NCBI RefSeq assembly: GCF_006345805.1
Contig: NC_043025.1
Span: 5,456,001-5,520,000 of the forward strand
Direction: 5' to 3'
DNA from: Octopus sinensis
Taxonomy: Eukaryota
DNA length: 64,000 nt
The translations under genes were made by a program, and so were the position numbers. This document shows, one piece after another, positions 1 to 12,700 of the stretch. Within the stretch, counting starts at the first letter, position 1, and the number at the start of each line of letters is the position of its first letter. Under the pieces are notes generated by a model. That model was not told the origin of the DNA. It ran no database searches and saw nothing but the letters and a program-made list of their open reading frames with translations.

Positions 1-277
1 TGTGTGTGTGTGTGTGGAGGAGAGAGAGAGTATGTGTCTGTGTGTGTGGAGGAGAGAGAGAGATTGTGTGTGAAGGGGGGAGCAGGAAAGAGAGTATGTG
101 TGTTATGTGTGTGAGTATATGTGTGTATGTGAGAGAGAGAGAGAGAGAGAGTATGTGTGTGTGTGAGAGAGAGTGTGTGTGTGGAGGAGAGAGAGAGAAA
201 TTGTGTGTGAAGGGGGGAGCAGGAAAGAGTGTGTGTGTGTGAGAGAGTGTATGTGTGTATGTGAGAGAGAGAGAGTA

Positions 278-339
<62 letters not shown>

Positions 340-514
340 TGTATGTGGAGGAGAGAGAGAGAGAAATTGTATGTGAAGGGGTGAGCAGGAAAGAGAGTGT
401 ATGTGTGTGTGAGAGAGAGAGAGAGACTGTACGTTTGAAGAGAGAGACTGTGTGTGTGTGTGTGAAATAGAAACACTGTACATATAAGAGAGACTCTGTG
501 TGTGTGTCTGTGAC

Positions 515-546
<32 letters not shown>

Positions 547-626
547 TATGAGGGAGAGAAAAACCTGTGTATGAGAGCGGGACAGACAGAAAGACCAACA
601 CAGATCTGTGTGTGTGTGTGTGTGTT
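1..626. repeat. Compound (GT)n/(GA)n microsatellite with a recurring ~30-bp spacer motif
   Basis: Alternating TG and GA runs; 'tgtgtgaagggggagcaggaaag'-like motif recurs near 65, 203 and 370. Confidence 0.9.
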
Positions 627-683
627 GGTCTTCTTGCTTTACTTGGGGAAATTGAACCCTGTACCTGTGTCTTAAAATCTATA

Positions 684-1066
684 GGTGCAGGAGTGGCTGT
701 GTGGTAAGTAGCTTGCTAACCAATCACATGGTTCCGGGTTCAGTCCCACTGCGTGGCATCTTGGGCAAGTGTCTTCTACTATAGCCTCGGGCCGACCAAA
801 GCCTTGTGAGTGGATTTGGTAGACGGAAACTGAAAGAAGCCCGTCATATATATGTATACATATATATATGTATGTGTGTGTGTCTGTGTTTGTCCCCCTA
901 GCTTTGCTTGACAACCGATGCTGGTGTGTTTACGTCCCCGTCACTTAGCGGTTCGGCAAAAGAGACCGATAGAATAAGTACTGGGCTTATAAAGAACTTA
1001 TTGCTCGACTAAAGGTGGTGCTCCAGCATGGCCGCAGTCAAATGACTGAAACAAGTAAAAGAGTAA
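684..1066 (+). mobile_element. tRNA-headed composite SINE (family A), full-length copy
   Basis: A-box-like TGGCTGTGTGG and B-box-like GGTTCAGTCCC head, internal (TA/TG)n, conserved 3' half ending 'gactgaaacaagtaaaagag'; many near-identical copies in both orientations in the window. Confidence 0.85.
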
Positions 1067-1229
1067 GATATGCAAAGCAATATAAGCTAAGATCGAGGCC
1101 AGTTCACTCTTTCCACCTGCATCTTGCAGCTCACCTGTGACAGACTGGCGTCCCGTCCAGGTGGGGAATCTATACGCCAAGGAAACCAGGAAACCGGCCC
1201 TTATGAGCCAGGCATGTCTCGAGAAGGAA

Positions 1230-1402
1230 GGAACCTTGCCAGTTGGAACTTCTACTGATGGTAATAGCAAAGCCGTGTCTGTGGTGCATCTACAATTTGC
1301 ATCACTGTGCAGTTTGGTGTATTGCACATATACTCCTTACACTTTCGGAGATTTCAACTCTGCACGGATTTCAATGCTGTCGAAGGCCTTTTCATAGTCC
1401 TT
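1230..1402 (-). mobile_element. Degenerate non-LTR reverse transcriptase fragment (RTE-like)
   Basis: Minus strand reads DYEKAFDSIE...YTKLHSD...VEVPTGK with an in-frame stop; the D-x-x-K-A-F-D motif is typical of LINE RT. Confidence 0.6.
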
Positions 1403-1458
1403 TAAAAATAACACACATCATTAATTACATTTTCTAAGCTCGTTAAATAATTTAATCC

Positions 1459-2164
1459 TTAACCCTTTCGTTACCAAACCGGCTCTGGCTCTCAGTACAA
1501 ATGTCTTGTTTTCATAAGTTTTGAATTAAAATCTTCCACCAAACCTTAGTCACAATTTATGTTCCTAACACTAGCTGAATGATAACCAAGTTATTTTACT
1601 AAATTCTTTGTTATATTTAAAATTAATTGAAAAAAACACAGAGCATCTCAACAGAAATATGGTAACAAAAGGGTTAAAGTCACCATGATATTTTTAACCC
1701 TTTTGATACCAACCTGGCTGAAACCACCTCTGGCTCTGAGTACAAATGTCTTGTTTTCATAAGTTTTGAATTAAAATCTTCCACCAAACCTTAGTCACAA
1801 TTTATGTTCCTAACACTAGCTGAATGATAACCAAGTTATTTTACTAAATTCTTTTATATTTAAAATTAATTGAAAAAAAAACAGAGCATCTCAACAGAAA
1901 TATGGTAACAAAAGGGTTAAAGTCACCATGATATTTTTAACCCTTTTGATACCAACCTGGCTGAAACCACCTCTGGCTCTGAGTACAAATGTCTTGTTTT
2001 CATAAGTTTTGAATTAAAATCTTCCACCAAACCTTAGTCACAATTTATGATCCTAACACTAGCTTAATGATAACTAAGTTATTTTACGAAATTCTTTGTT
2101 ATATTTAAAGTAATTGAAAGAAACACAGAGCATCCCAAAATAAATACAGTAACGAAAGGGTTAA
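1459..2164. mobile_element. Three tandem piggyBac-like MITEs (1463-1673, 1698-1916, 1941-2160)
   Basis: Each unit is TTAA|CCCTTT(C/T)G...(C/A)AAAGGG|TTAA; TTAA target and CCC termini are piggyBac hallmarks; identical 16-nt spacer agtcaccatgatattt between units. Confidence 0.8.
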
Positions 2165-2237
2165 CTTACTTAATTAACTGAATCTCAACTTAACCATTCT
2201 TTTCTAATGTTCTTTTTTCTATGTTCTTACCTTCCAG

Positions 2238-2407
2238 GTCCTGACACCAAGTTCTGATGTTGGTTTCACAGTTGAACAGATATTATTTAACAAGACAGGA
2301 CAATATTTGGCAATATGGGGTCAGGTTGGCATATCTATCATGCAAATGCCACAGCAAAGCGGCAAAAATGGAATGTATGGTGGAGGAAAACAGAACGTAG
2401 TGGTTCG
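2238..2407 (+). CDS. NUP88: NUP88 internal exon (170 nt, phase 0-2): VLTPSSDVGFTVEQILFNKTGQYLAIWGQVGISIMQMPQQSGKNGMYGGGKQNVVV(R)
   Basis: ttccag|GTC...GTTCG|gtaagt; resembles recalled vertebrate NUP88 [48 protein letters not shown]; frame continues into 15337. Confidence 0.9.
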
Positions 2408-2557
2408 GTAAGTAATTCAGAAAGAGAAAAGGAGAGACGATATCTCCTTGTTTGATGCCTTTGCCAATTGCAAGAGGGAGAGAGAAATGCTCTTCTGATT
2501 TTAGTCGTACTTCTACCTACTCTGACTTAAGACTTCTCAGACTGTGAAAACTAGTGC

Positions 2558-3016
2558 CATCATCATCATCGTTTAACGTCCACTTTCCATGCTAGCATGG
2601 GTTGGACAATTTTGACTGAGGGCTGGCGAACCAGATGGTTGCACCAGGCTCCAGTCTTGATTTGGCAGAGTTTCTACAGCTGGATGCCCTTCCTAACGCC
2701 AACCACTCCGAGAGTGTAGTGGGTGCTTTTATGTGCCACCGGCACGGGGGCCAGTCAGGCGGTACTGGCAACGACCTCACTTGAATCCTTTTACACATTG
2801 CCACCAGCACAGGTGCCAGTAAGGGGACATTGGTAACGATCACACTCGAATGGTGCCCTTTAAGTGCCACTGGCACGAAAGCCAGTTGGCTGCTCTGGCA
2901 ATGATCACACTTGGATGGTGCTCTTGGCACCCTACTACCACGGGTACGAGTGCCAGTAAGGCGACGCTGGTTACGATCACGCTCGAATGGTGCCCTTTAA
3001 GTGCCACTGGCACGGA
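2558..3016 (-). mobile_element. RTE-type LINE 3' UTR/tail fragment
   Basis: (CAT)n then gtttaacgtcc...catgctagcatggg...ggatgcccttcctaacgccaacc; the same sequence forms the 3' end of the RT-coding copies at 26804 and 58111. Confidence 0.8.
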
Positions 3017-3205
3017 AACAAAACTATTAGTGGCATCCCTTTTTCACTCTTTTGATGCTAACCCACCTGTGACCACCCCTCCTGGTTATCTGATACAAAC
3101 TTCCTGTTTTAAAATGACTTCAGTTAAAAACCTTCCATTAAAATTTAATGCTAATTTATGTTCCTAAAACCAGATTAATTATTCTCAAAATCAATTGAAG
3201 CAAAG

Positions 3206-3777
3206 ACGCAGGAGTGGCTGTGTGGTAAGTAGCTTGCTAACCAACCACAAGGTTCCGGGTTCAGTCCCACTGCATGGCATCTTGGGCAAGTGTCTTCTGC
3301 TATAGCACCGGGCCGACCAATGCCTTGTGAGTGGATTTGGTAGATGGAAACTGAAAGAAGCCTGTCGTATATATGTATATATATATATAGGCGCAGGAGT
3401 GGCTGTGTGGTAAGTAGCTTGCTAACCAACCACATGGTTCCGGGTTCAGTCCCACTGCATGGCACCTTGGGCAAGTGTCTTCTGCTATAGCCCCGGGCCG
3501 ACCAATCCCTTGTGAGTGGATTTGGTAGACGGAAACTGAAAGAAGCCTGTCGTATATATGTATGTGTGTGTATATGTTTGTGGGTCTGTGTTTGTCCCCC
3601 TAGCATTGCTTGACAGCCGATGCTGATGTGTTTACGTCCCCGTCACTTAGCGGTTTGGCAAAATAGACCGATAGAATAAGTACTGGGCTTACAAAGAATA
3701 AGTCCCGGGGTCGATTTGCTCGACTAAAGGTGGTGCTCCAGCATGGCCACAGTCAAATGACTGAAACAAGTAAAAGA
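3206..3777 (+). mobile_element. Family A SINE head-to-tail dimer (5' half plus full copy)
   Basis: Two successive gcaggagtggctgtgtgg heads at about 3208 and 3393. Confidence 0.85.
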
Positions 3778-4015
3778 CAGTGTTTTTCAAAAGAAATACC
3801 TCTAGTCATATGATTTTGCTTCCCTTTTTGCTACAAAGCCATTTGAGACTGCTCCCGGTTCTCTGAAAGAATCTTCCTGCTTTGTGTTCAATCTGGCCTG
3901 TTATACCCTATGACCTCTTTATTATTTACAGTGTAAGTTCTAAAAATATACAATCACGTCATTGAAATCTCAAGCCTAAATGATAATGTATGCTTAGTTC
4001 ACAACAATGTGAATT

Positions 4016-4219
4016 ACACAAAAACCGTTCGATTCACTTCAACATTTAAATTTAATTTGTCAAAATATTTTCGTCGCTTTGAGACCACAACCTGTTCACT
4101 GACAAAACTTCAAAATGCAGTACGTAGTTTTGTCAGTGAACAGGTCGCGGTCTCAAAGCGACGAAAATATTTTGACAAATTAAATTTAAATGTTGAAGTG
4201 AATCGAACGGCTTTTGTGT
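4016..4219. repeat. 94-bp-arm inverted repeat (3 mismatches, 16-nt loop)
   Basis: 4016-4109 is the reverse complement of 4126-4219. Confidence 0.9.
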
Positions 4220-4477
4220 GTTTCTTAAATGGCTTACAAACACCTTCCACGCTGCAATTGTTTATATATATACACACATATATATATATATATAGTTCTA
4301 TGATGACTAAGTAGATCGAAATTTCGGAGTCGCAGGCGATACTATCATTGTTAAAGGACAATAAATATGTATTCTACTAAAAAAAGTATTGAGTAATGTA
4401 TCAGTTTAATGTAAAGTTGTTTTATTAATAACTTGACCTAACAAATACTATATATATATTGATAGATAGATAAATAT

Positions 4478-4527
<50 letters not shown>

Positions 4528-4531
<4 letters not shown>

Positions 4532-4742
4532 GATGTACTCGCATAGCAAGAATTTTTGTCAGTGAACAGGTTGCAGATTTTAGTGACGAAAATATTTTGA
4601 CAAATTAAATTTAAATGTTGAAGTGAATCTAAAGGTTTTTGTGTGTTTCTTAAATGGCTTAGAAACACCTTCCACGCTGCAATTGTTTTCGTTCCAGCAC
4701 ACAATCTCAGATCAAGTCACTTGCTATGCAAGTACATCTCCG
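4528..4742. mobile_element. Tc1/mariner-like MITE with TA target duplication
   Basis: TA|CAGAGATGTACTCGCATAGCAAG...CTTGCTATGCAAGTACATCTCCG|TA; right half recurs at about 47994-48073. Confidence 0.75.
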
Positions 4743-4858
4743 TAAATGTGAATTAATTAATAACTATTAAATTTGGCAGAGTAATTTGAATGCTAAATTG
4801 TAAAAGTGATCTCAGTTTATGCTAATTTATGTTCCCAACACAAAATTATTTAATAATA

Positions 4859-5385
4859 ACATCATCATCATCATCATCATCATCATCGTTTAACGTCCGT
4901 TTTCCATGCTGGCATGGGTTGGACTGTTCAACTGGGGTCTGGGAAGCCAGAAGGCTGCACCAGGCCCAGTCTGATCTGGCAGTGTTTCTACGGCTGGATG
5001 CCCTTCCTAACGCCAACCACTCCATGAGTATAGTGGGTGCTTTCCATGCTAGCATGGGTTGGACGGTTCAACTGGGGTCTGGGAAGCCAGAAGGCTGCGC
5101 CAGGCCCAGTCTGATCTGGCAGTGTTTCTACGGCTGGATGCCCTTCCTAACACCAACCACTCCGTGAGTATAGTGGGTGCTTTCCAACGCCAATCACTCC
5201 GTGAGTGTAGTGGGTGCTTTTTACATGCCACCTGCACAGGTGCCAGACGGGGCTGGCAAACGGCCATGATCAGATGGTGCTTTTTACGTGCCACCAGCAC
5301 AGGGGCCAGTTGGGGCGGCGCAGGCAACGGCCACGTTCGGATGGTTCTCTTACGTGCCATCGGCACTGGTATCACAGCTACAATT
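4859..5385 (-). mobile_element. RTE-type 3' UTR with internal tandem duplication
   Basis: (CAT)n tail; the segment ttccatgctagcatggg...gtagtgggtgc occurs twice, about 140 bp apart. Confidence 0.8.
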
Positions 5386-5639
5386 TGACCGTGCTAAATC
5401 GGAATTAGATTGGACAGGGGCATCAAACGCAAACAATGAAGGGAAAACAACTCACAACTCACCATAAATTGTACGACCTTCAGTCGACTGTCAATCTTTA
5501 TGTAGGTTTCATGAATGTAATTTTGCTTGGAAAAATTTTCTAAAAGTATTTTAATAAATTCTTCATTATTCTCAAAATCAGTTGAAACAAACACAGTGTA
5601 TTTCAACAGAGATATCCTTGTCATATGATTTAGCTTCCA

Positions 5640-6306
5640 CATCGTGAGCGTTGGGCCTCATGAAGACAATGTGGCCGATCCAGTATCTGAGCAAGGTGGT
5701 TTTATGGAAGACCAGCAGTCGCCCATGTATACCGGCCTCCCCTCTCCACGCCACCAATGTTGTCCAAGGGAAAGGCAAAGGCACCTCCTTAATTGGCTCC
5801 TAAAAGAAGCAACTACCATTAGACTTTCCTGATGGATTCCGAAGTGTGATCAACTGAAATTTTGGATGTTATTCAATCATTTTGATCATGGTCTACCCCT
5901 AGTTCCTCTGCCAGTTACTGGGGTGGAGTCGTCAGGCACCTCCTCAATACGGTCTCATCAGAAGCAATCACCATTCTGAGACCCCCTTCAGTCATGACTG
6001 ACCATGGGATTGCACCTAGAAAGTTACCCTCCTAGGCACAAGCCTGGCAAGGTCCTTTATGGAAGACCAGCAGTCCATAACAGCCTCCCCTTTCCACGCC
6101 ACCAGTGTTATCCAAAGGAAAGGCAAAGGGGCTGATACAGCTTGGCACCTGTGACGTCGCAACTCATTTCTACAGCTGAGTGAACTGCAGTAACATGAAG
6201 TAAAGTGTCTTGCTCAAGAACACAACACGCAGCCTGGTCCGGGATTCGAGCTCACAACCTCACAATCGTAAGCTCGACGCTCTAACCACGGAGCCATGCG
6301 CCTTCA
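5640..6306 (-). mobile_element. tRNA-headed SINE with RTE-like 3' part
   Basis: Minus-strand head near 6240-6306 with B-box-like sequence (complement of gggattcgagctc), then a gtgttcttgagcaagacac-type central domain; 3' segment duplicated at about 5700 and 6060. Confidence 0.6.
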
Positions 6307-7075
6307 CATGGTGGCATGTAAAAGGCATCTTTCAAGTGTTGGGCCTCACAGAGGCAAAGGCAAATGACCGCGACCTTTGGCAATATGCCATGCTTGAGAA
6401 GAAGACCCGTCAAACCAAGTGGAATCATGGTCATAGAGATACTGGTGTCACGCAACTGGCACCCATGCTGGTGGCACATAAAAGCACCCATTACACTCTC
6501 GGAGAGTGGTTAGCATTAGGAAGGGCATCCAACCGTAGAGACCATGCCAAATCAGACTGGGGCTTGGTGCAGCCCCTTAGCTTACCAGCAATGGTCAAAC
6601 CATCCAACCCAATGGATACTCTACTCTTTTACTTGTTTCAGTCATTTGACTGCGGCCATGCTGGAGCACCACCTTTAATCAAGCAACTCGACCCCAGGAC
6701 TTATTATTTGTAAGCCAGTACTTATTCTATTGGTCTCTTTTGCTGAACCGCTAAGTAACGGGGACGTAAACACACCAGCATCTGTTGTCGAGCAATGCTA
6801 GGGGGACAAACACAGACACACAAACGCATATATATACATATATACGATGGGCTTCTTTTAGTTTCCGTCTACCAAATCCACTCACAAGGCTTTGGTCGGC
6901 CTGAGGCTATAGCAGAAGACACCTGCCCAAGGTGCATGTATATATGTCTATATTTATTTGTCTGTATATATATGTATGTGTGTATATATATATGTATGTG
7001 TGTATATACATATGTATGTGAGTATATATATATATATGTGTATATGTATATAATATATATATATATGTACGTGTG

Positions 7076-7106
<31 letters not shown>

Positions 7107-7451
7107 GTATATATATATATCTATGTACATATGTGGGTATATATATGTAGATATACCCAAAGAATTATTTCAAAATGGGATTGGCAATTCAAAGATATTT
7201 TAAATAATTTCTTTTTCACCTCTGCCACCACCACCACCAACCCCACCACCACCATTCACACCCTCACAAACAATAACAGGCTTGTTACAACAACAACAGC
7301 AACAACAACATCAGGATATAATTATTGCTTTGGTTAGTTTTGAAAGGTGATCCAGGATGTCCTTTTGAACAAATAGTCTCAATATTTAGAGAGAAAAAGA
7401 GAGAGGGTATGTGTGTGTGTGTAGAGAGAGAGAGATAGAGAGAAAGAGAGA

Positions 7452-8290
7452 TGCAGGCATGGGTGTGTGGTAAGTAGCTTGCTTACCAACCACATGGTTC
7501 TGGGTTCAGTCCTACTGCATGGCACCCTGGGCAAGTGTCTTCTACTATTTGCCTCGAGCCAACCAAAGTCTCATAGGCGCAGGAGTGACTGTGTGGTAAG
7601 TAGCTTGCTTACCAACCACATGGTTCTGGGTTCAGTCCTACTGCATTGGCACCCTGGGCAAGTGTCTTCTACTATTTGCCTTGAGCCGACCAAAGTCTCA
7701 TAGGTGCAGGAGTGGCTGTGTGGTAAGTAGCTTGCTTACCAACCACATGGTTCTGGGTTCAGTCCTACTGCATTGGCACCCTGGGCAAGTGTCTTCTACT
7801 ATTTGCCTTGAGCCGACCAAAGTCTCATAGGTGCAGGAGTGGCTGTGTGGTAAGTAGCTTGCTTACCAACCACATGGTTCTGGGTTCAGTCCTACTGCAT
7901 TGGCACCCTGGGCAAGTGTCTTCTACTATTTGCCTTGAGCCGACCAAAGTCTCATAGGTGCAGGAGTGGCTGTGTGGTAAGTAGCTTGCTTACCAACCAC
8001 ATGGTTCTGGGTTCAGTCCTACTGCATTGGCACCCTGGGCAAGTGTCTTCTACTATTTGCCTCGAGCCAACCAAAGTCTCATAGGTGCAGGAGTGGCTGT
8101 GTGGTAAGTAGCTTGCTTACCAACCACATGGTTCTGGGTTCAGTCCTACTGCATTGGCACCCTGGGCAAGTGTCTTCTACTATTTGCCTCGAGCTAACCA
8201 AAGTCTCATAGGTGCAGGAGTGGCTGTGTGGTAAGTAGCTGGCTAACCAACCACATGGTTCCGGGTTCAATCCCACTGCGTGGCATCTTC
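7452..8290 (+). repeat. Tandem array of a 127-bp family A SINE 5' segment, about 6.5 copies
   Basis: Unit starts at 7573, 7700, 7827, 7954, 8081 and 8208 (period 127). Confidence 0.92.
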
Positions 8291-8992
8291 TGCTGTGTGT
8301 GTGTTCTTTTTGAGTACAGCAAGGCACCAAATATCTTAGTTTTGTCTGAAAGGTTCAGCATCTTGAGTTCGTCCTTCAGTACTTTATCCCATGTCTTCCT
8401 GTTTCTAACAATAAAATCATATAAGGACCTCTGCGGGCCATATGGACCCAGGCTGAGAACCACTGATCTAGAGAAACACAGGGGTCTCACTGCTGCCATC
8501 CCCCACCCCCAGCGTCACCTCACCCTTACCTCCAGTATAAAGAGATTCCACCAGATTTGTGGGGATCGTTTTTAATTAATTCTCTATCTTTATCAACATT
8601 ATCTATGTATTTCCCCAATTCAGCTGACACCATGGCCACCACTACAAACATCAACACATTCAGCCTCTTCTATTATTACTTGTAGGGCTATTACGGGGTC
8701 ATCATCATCATCATCATCATCTTCTACCTTAGTATCTAAACCCACCCTTCAAAACCTAACCTGCCTCTTCCTTCGCCACCCTCAATTCACCCCTTCCTTC
8801 CATCTACGCTCATACACCTTGCCCTCCCCAATCATTTCCTGCTCCTTTCCAAACATCACTGACCCACCCTTAAAAAAGGAAAAAAAAAAAGCATCCCACC
8901 CCATACCCACCCTATCTGCTGTCCTAGCTTTATGACAAAAGAACTTTCTTTTGTCAACAGAATATCAGTTGATGTGATATCTTCTGAAATAA

Positions 8993-9029
<37 letters not shown>

Positions 9030-9131
9030 TTTACACCTGTATATATACATGCAAACATGCATACACACACATATATATATATGCATGTATGTGTGTATGT
9101 ATATATATGTATATGTGTGTGTGTGTATATA

Positions 9132-9179
<48 letters not shown>

Positions 9180-9338
9180 TATGTGTATATATATATGTGT
9201 GTATATATATATATTATATATACATATATATATGTGTGTGTGTGTGTGTGTAGATATATGTGTATATATATATATATGTGTGTGTGTATATATATATATA
9301 GATATGTGTGTGTATATATACATATGTGTATGTGTGTG

Positions 9339-9373
<35 letters not shown>

Positions 9374-9376
9374 ATG
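8993..9376. repeat. (TA)n/(CA)n/(TG)n compound microsatellite
   Basis: Directly visible; similar tracts at about 6940-7150, 26098-26437, 29440-29540, 30180-30600 and 60437-60566. Confidence 0.95.
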
Positions 9377-9717
9377 TGCCGAACACTCCTACTTTGACTG
9401 AATTTAATCACTCATTTAATTCCTGTTGTCGCCATTATATTGTTTCCCTGGTCACAGAGATAGGGCGAGGGTGGTGCTCATGGGTGGGTTGGGTGGATGT
9501 TGTGATTGTTAGTGGTGTTACTGGAGCAGGGTATTATCACCAGAGACACCTCCAACACCACCACCACCACCATAGCACTTCTGACTATAACAATTTAGAT
9601 TAGGTGCCAACAGTTACCACAACAACAACACCAACAATGATAACAACAACAAAGACCACAGGGGGAGACAATAATTAGGTTTGTTCCATTCATGTGTGTG
9701 TCTGTGAGTGTCTTGTT

Positions 9718-12700
9718 TGTGTGGCTGTGTGGTAAGAAGCTTGCCTCCCAACCACATGGTTCCGGGTTCAGTCCCACTGCATGGCACCTAGGGCAAGTGT
9801 CTTCTACTATAACCTTGGGCCGACCAAACCTTGGGAGTGGATTTGGTAGACGGAAACTGAAAGAAGCCCGACGTATATATGTATATAGGCGCAGGAGTGG
9901 CTGTGTGGTAAGTAGCTTGCTTACCAACCTCATGGTTCCGGGTTCAGTCCCACTGCGTGGAACCTAGGGCAAATGTCTTCTACTATAGCCTCGGGCCAAC
10001 CAAAGCCTTGTGAGTGGATTTGGTAGACGGAAACTGAAAGAAGCCCGTCGTATATATGTATATCACACATACATATAGGCACAGGAGTGGCTGTGTGGTA
10101 AGTAGCTTGCTAACCAACCTCATGGTTCCGGGTTCAGTCCCACTGCGTGGTACCTAGGGCAAATGTCTTCTACTATAGCCTCGGGCCAACCAAAGCCTTG
10201 TGAGTGGATTTGGTAGACGGAAACTGAAAGAAGCCTGTCGTATATATGTATATGACACATACATATAGGCACAGGAGTGGCTGTGTGATAAGTAGCTTGC
10301 TTACCAACCTCATGGTTCCAGGTTCAGTCCCACTGCGTGGCACCTAGCGCAAGTGTCTTCTACTATAGCCTCAGGTCGACCAAAGCCTTGTGAGTGGATT
10401 TGGTAGACGGAAACTGAAAGAAGCCCGTCGTATATATGTATATAGGTGCAGGAGTGGCTGTGTGATAAGTAGCTTGTTTACCAACCTCATGGTTCCATGT
10501 TCAGTCCCACTGCGTGGCACCTTGGGCAACTGTCTTCTACTATAGCCTCAGGTCAACCGAAGCCTAGTGAGTGGATTTGGTAGACAGAAACTGAAAGAAG
10601 CCCATCGTATATATGTATATAGACGCAGGAGTGGCTGTGTGGTAAGTAGCTTGCTTACCAACCACATGGCTCCAGGTTCAGTCCCACTGTGTGGCACCTT
10701 GGGCAACTGTCTTCTACTATAGCCTCAGGTCAACCGAAGCTAGTGAGTGGATTTGGTAGACAGAAACTGAAAGAAGCCCATCGTATATATGTATATATAT
10801 GTATATAGACGCAGGAGGGGCTGTGTGGTAAGTAGCTTGCTTACAACCACATGGCTCCAGGTCAGTGTCCCACTGTGTGGCACCTTGGGCAACTGTCTTC
10901 TACTATAGCCTCAGGTCAACCGAAGCCTAGTGAGTGGATTTGGTAGACAGAAACTGAAAGAAGCCCATCGTATATATGTTATATAGTATATAGACGCAGG
11001 AGTGCTGTGTGGTAAGTAGCTTGCTTACCAACCACATGGTTCCGGGTTCAGTCCCACTGTGTGGCACCTTGGGCAACTGTCTTCTACTATAGCCTCAGGT
11101 CCAACCGAAAGCCTAGTGAGTGGATTTGGTAGACAGAAACTGAAGAAGCCCATCGTATATATGTATATATATGTATATAGACGCAGGAGTGGCTGTGTGG
11201 TAAGTAGCTTGCTTACCAACCACATGGTTCCGGGTTCAGTCCCACTGTGTGGCACCTTGGGCAACTGTCTTCTACTATAGCCTCAGGTCAACCGAAGCCT
11301 AGTGAGTGGATTTGGTAGACAGAAACTGAAAGAAGCCCATCGTATATATGATATATATGTATATAGACGCAGGAGTAACTGTTGTGGTAAGTAGTTGCTT
11401 ACCAACCACATGGTTCCGGGTTCAGTCCCACTGTGTGGCACCTTGGGCAACTGTCTCTACTATAGCCTCAGGTCAACCGAAGCCTAGTGAGTGGATTTGG
11501 TAGACAGAAACTGAAAGAAGCCCATCGTATATGTATATATATATGTATATAGACGCAGGAGTGGCTGTGTGGTAAGTAGCTTGGCTTACCAACCACATGG
11601 TTCCGGGTTCAGTCCCACTGTGTGGCACCTTGGGCAACTGTCTTCTACTATAGCCCAGGTCAACCGAAGCCTAGTGAGTGGATTTGGTAGACAGAAACTG
11701 AAAAGAGCCCATCGTATATAGTATATATATGTATATAGACGCAGGAGTAACTGTGTGGTAAGTAGCTTGCTTACCAACCACATGGTTCCGGGTTCAGTCC
11801 CACTGTGTGGCACCTTGGGCAACTGTCTTCTACTATAGCCTCAGGTCAACCGAAGCCTAGTGAGTGGATTTGGTAGACAGAAACTGAAAGAAGCCCATCG
11901 TATATATGTATATATATGTATATAGACGCAGGAGTGGCTGTGTGGTAAGTAGCTTGCTTACCAACCACATGGTTCCGGGTTCAGTCCCACTGTGTGGCAC
12001 CTTGGGCAACTGTCTTCTACTATAGCCTCAGGTCAACCGAAGCCTAGTGAGTGGATTTGGTAGACAGAAACTGAAAGAAGCCCATCGTATATATGTATAT
12101 ATATGTATATAGACGCAGGAGTAACTGTGTGGTAAGTAGCTTGCTTACCAACCACATGGTTCCGGGTTCAGTCCCACTGTGTGGCACCTGGGCAACTGTC
12201 TTCTACTATAGCCTCAGGTCAACCGAAGCCTAGTGAGTGGATTTGGTAGACAGAAACTGAAAGAAGCCCATCGTATATATGTATATATATGTATATAGAC
12301 GCAGGAGTGGCTGTGTGGTAAGTAGCTTGCTTACCAACCACATGGTTCCGGGTTCAGTCCCACTGTGTGGCACCTTGGGCAACTGTCTTCTACTATAGCC
12401 TCAGGTCAACCGAAGCCTAGTGAGTGGATTTGGTAGACAGACAGAAACTGAAAGAAGCCCATCGTATATATGTATATATATGTATATAGACGCAGGAGTG
12501 GCTGTGTGGTAAGTAGCTTGCTTACCAACCACATGGTTCCGGGTTCAGTCCCACTGTGTGGCACCTTGGGCAACTGTCTTCTACTATAGCCTCAGGTCAA
12601 CCGAAGCCTAGTGAGTGGATTTGGTAGACAGAAACTGAAAGAAGCCCATCGTATATATGTATATATATGTATATAGACGCAGGAGTAACTGTGTGGTAAG

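Noticed and set aside
684-760. SINE heads as tRNA genes (also 28241, 44779, 6240-6306)
   Set aside because: A/B boxes are present, but I could not form a full cloverleaf with an acceptor stem, and each head continues into SINE body sequence.
8856-9603. Long [12 protein letters not shown] ORFs here and at 6795, 23332, 25871-26632, 28454, 29997-30502 and 60381
   Set aside because: Translations of (TA)n/(CA)n microsatellites; no splice or homology support.
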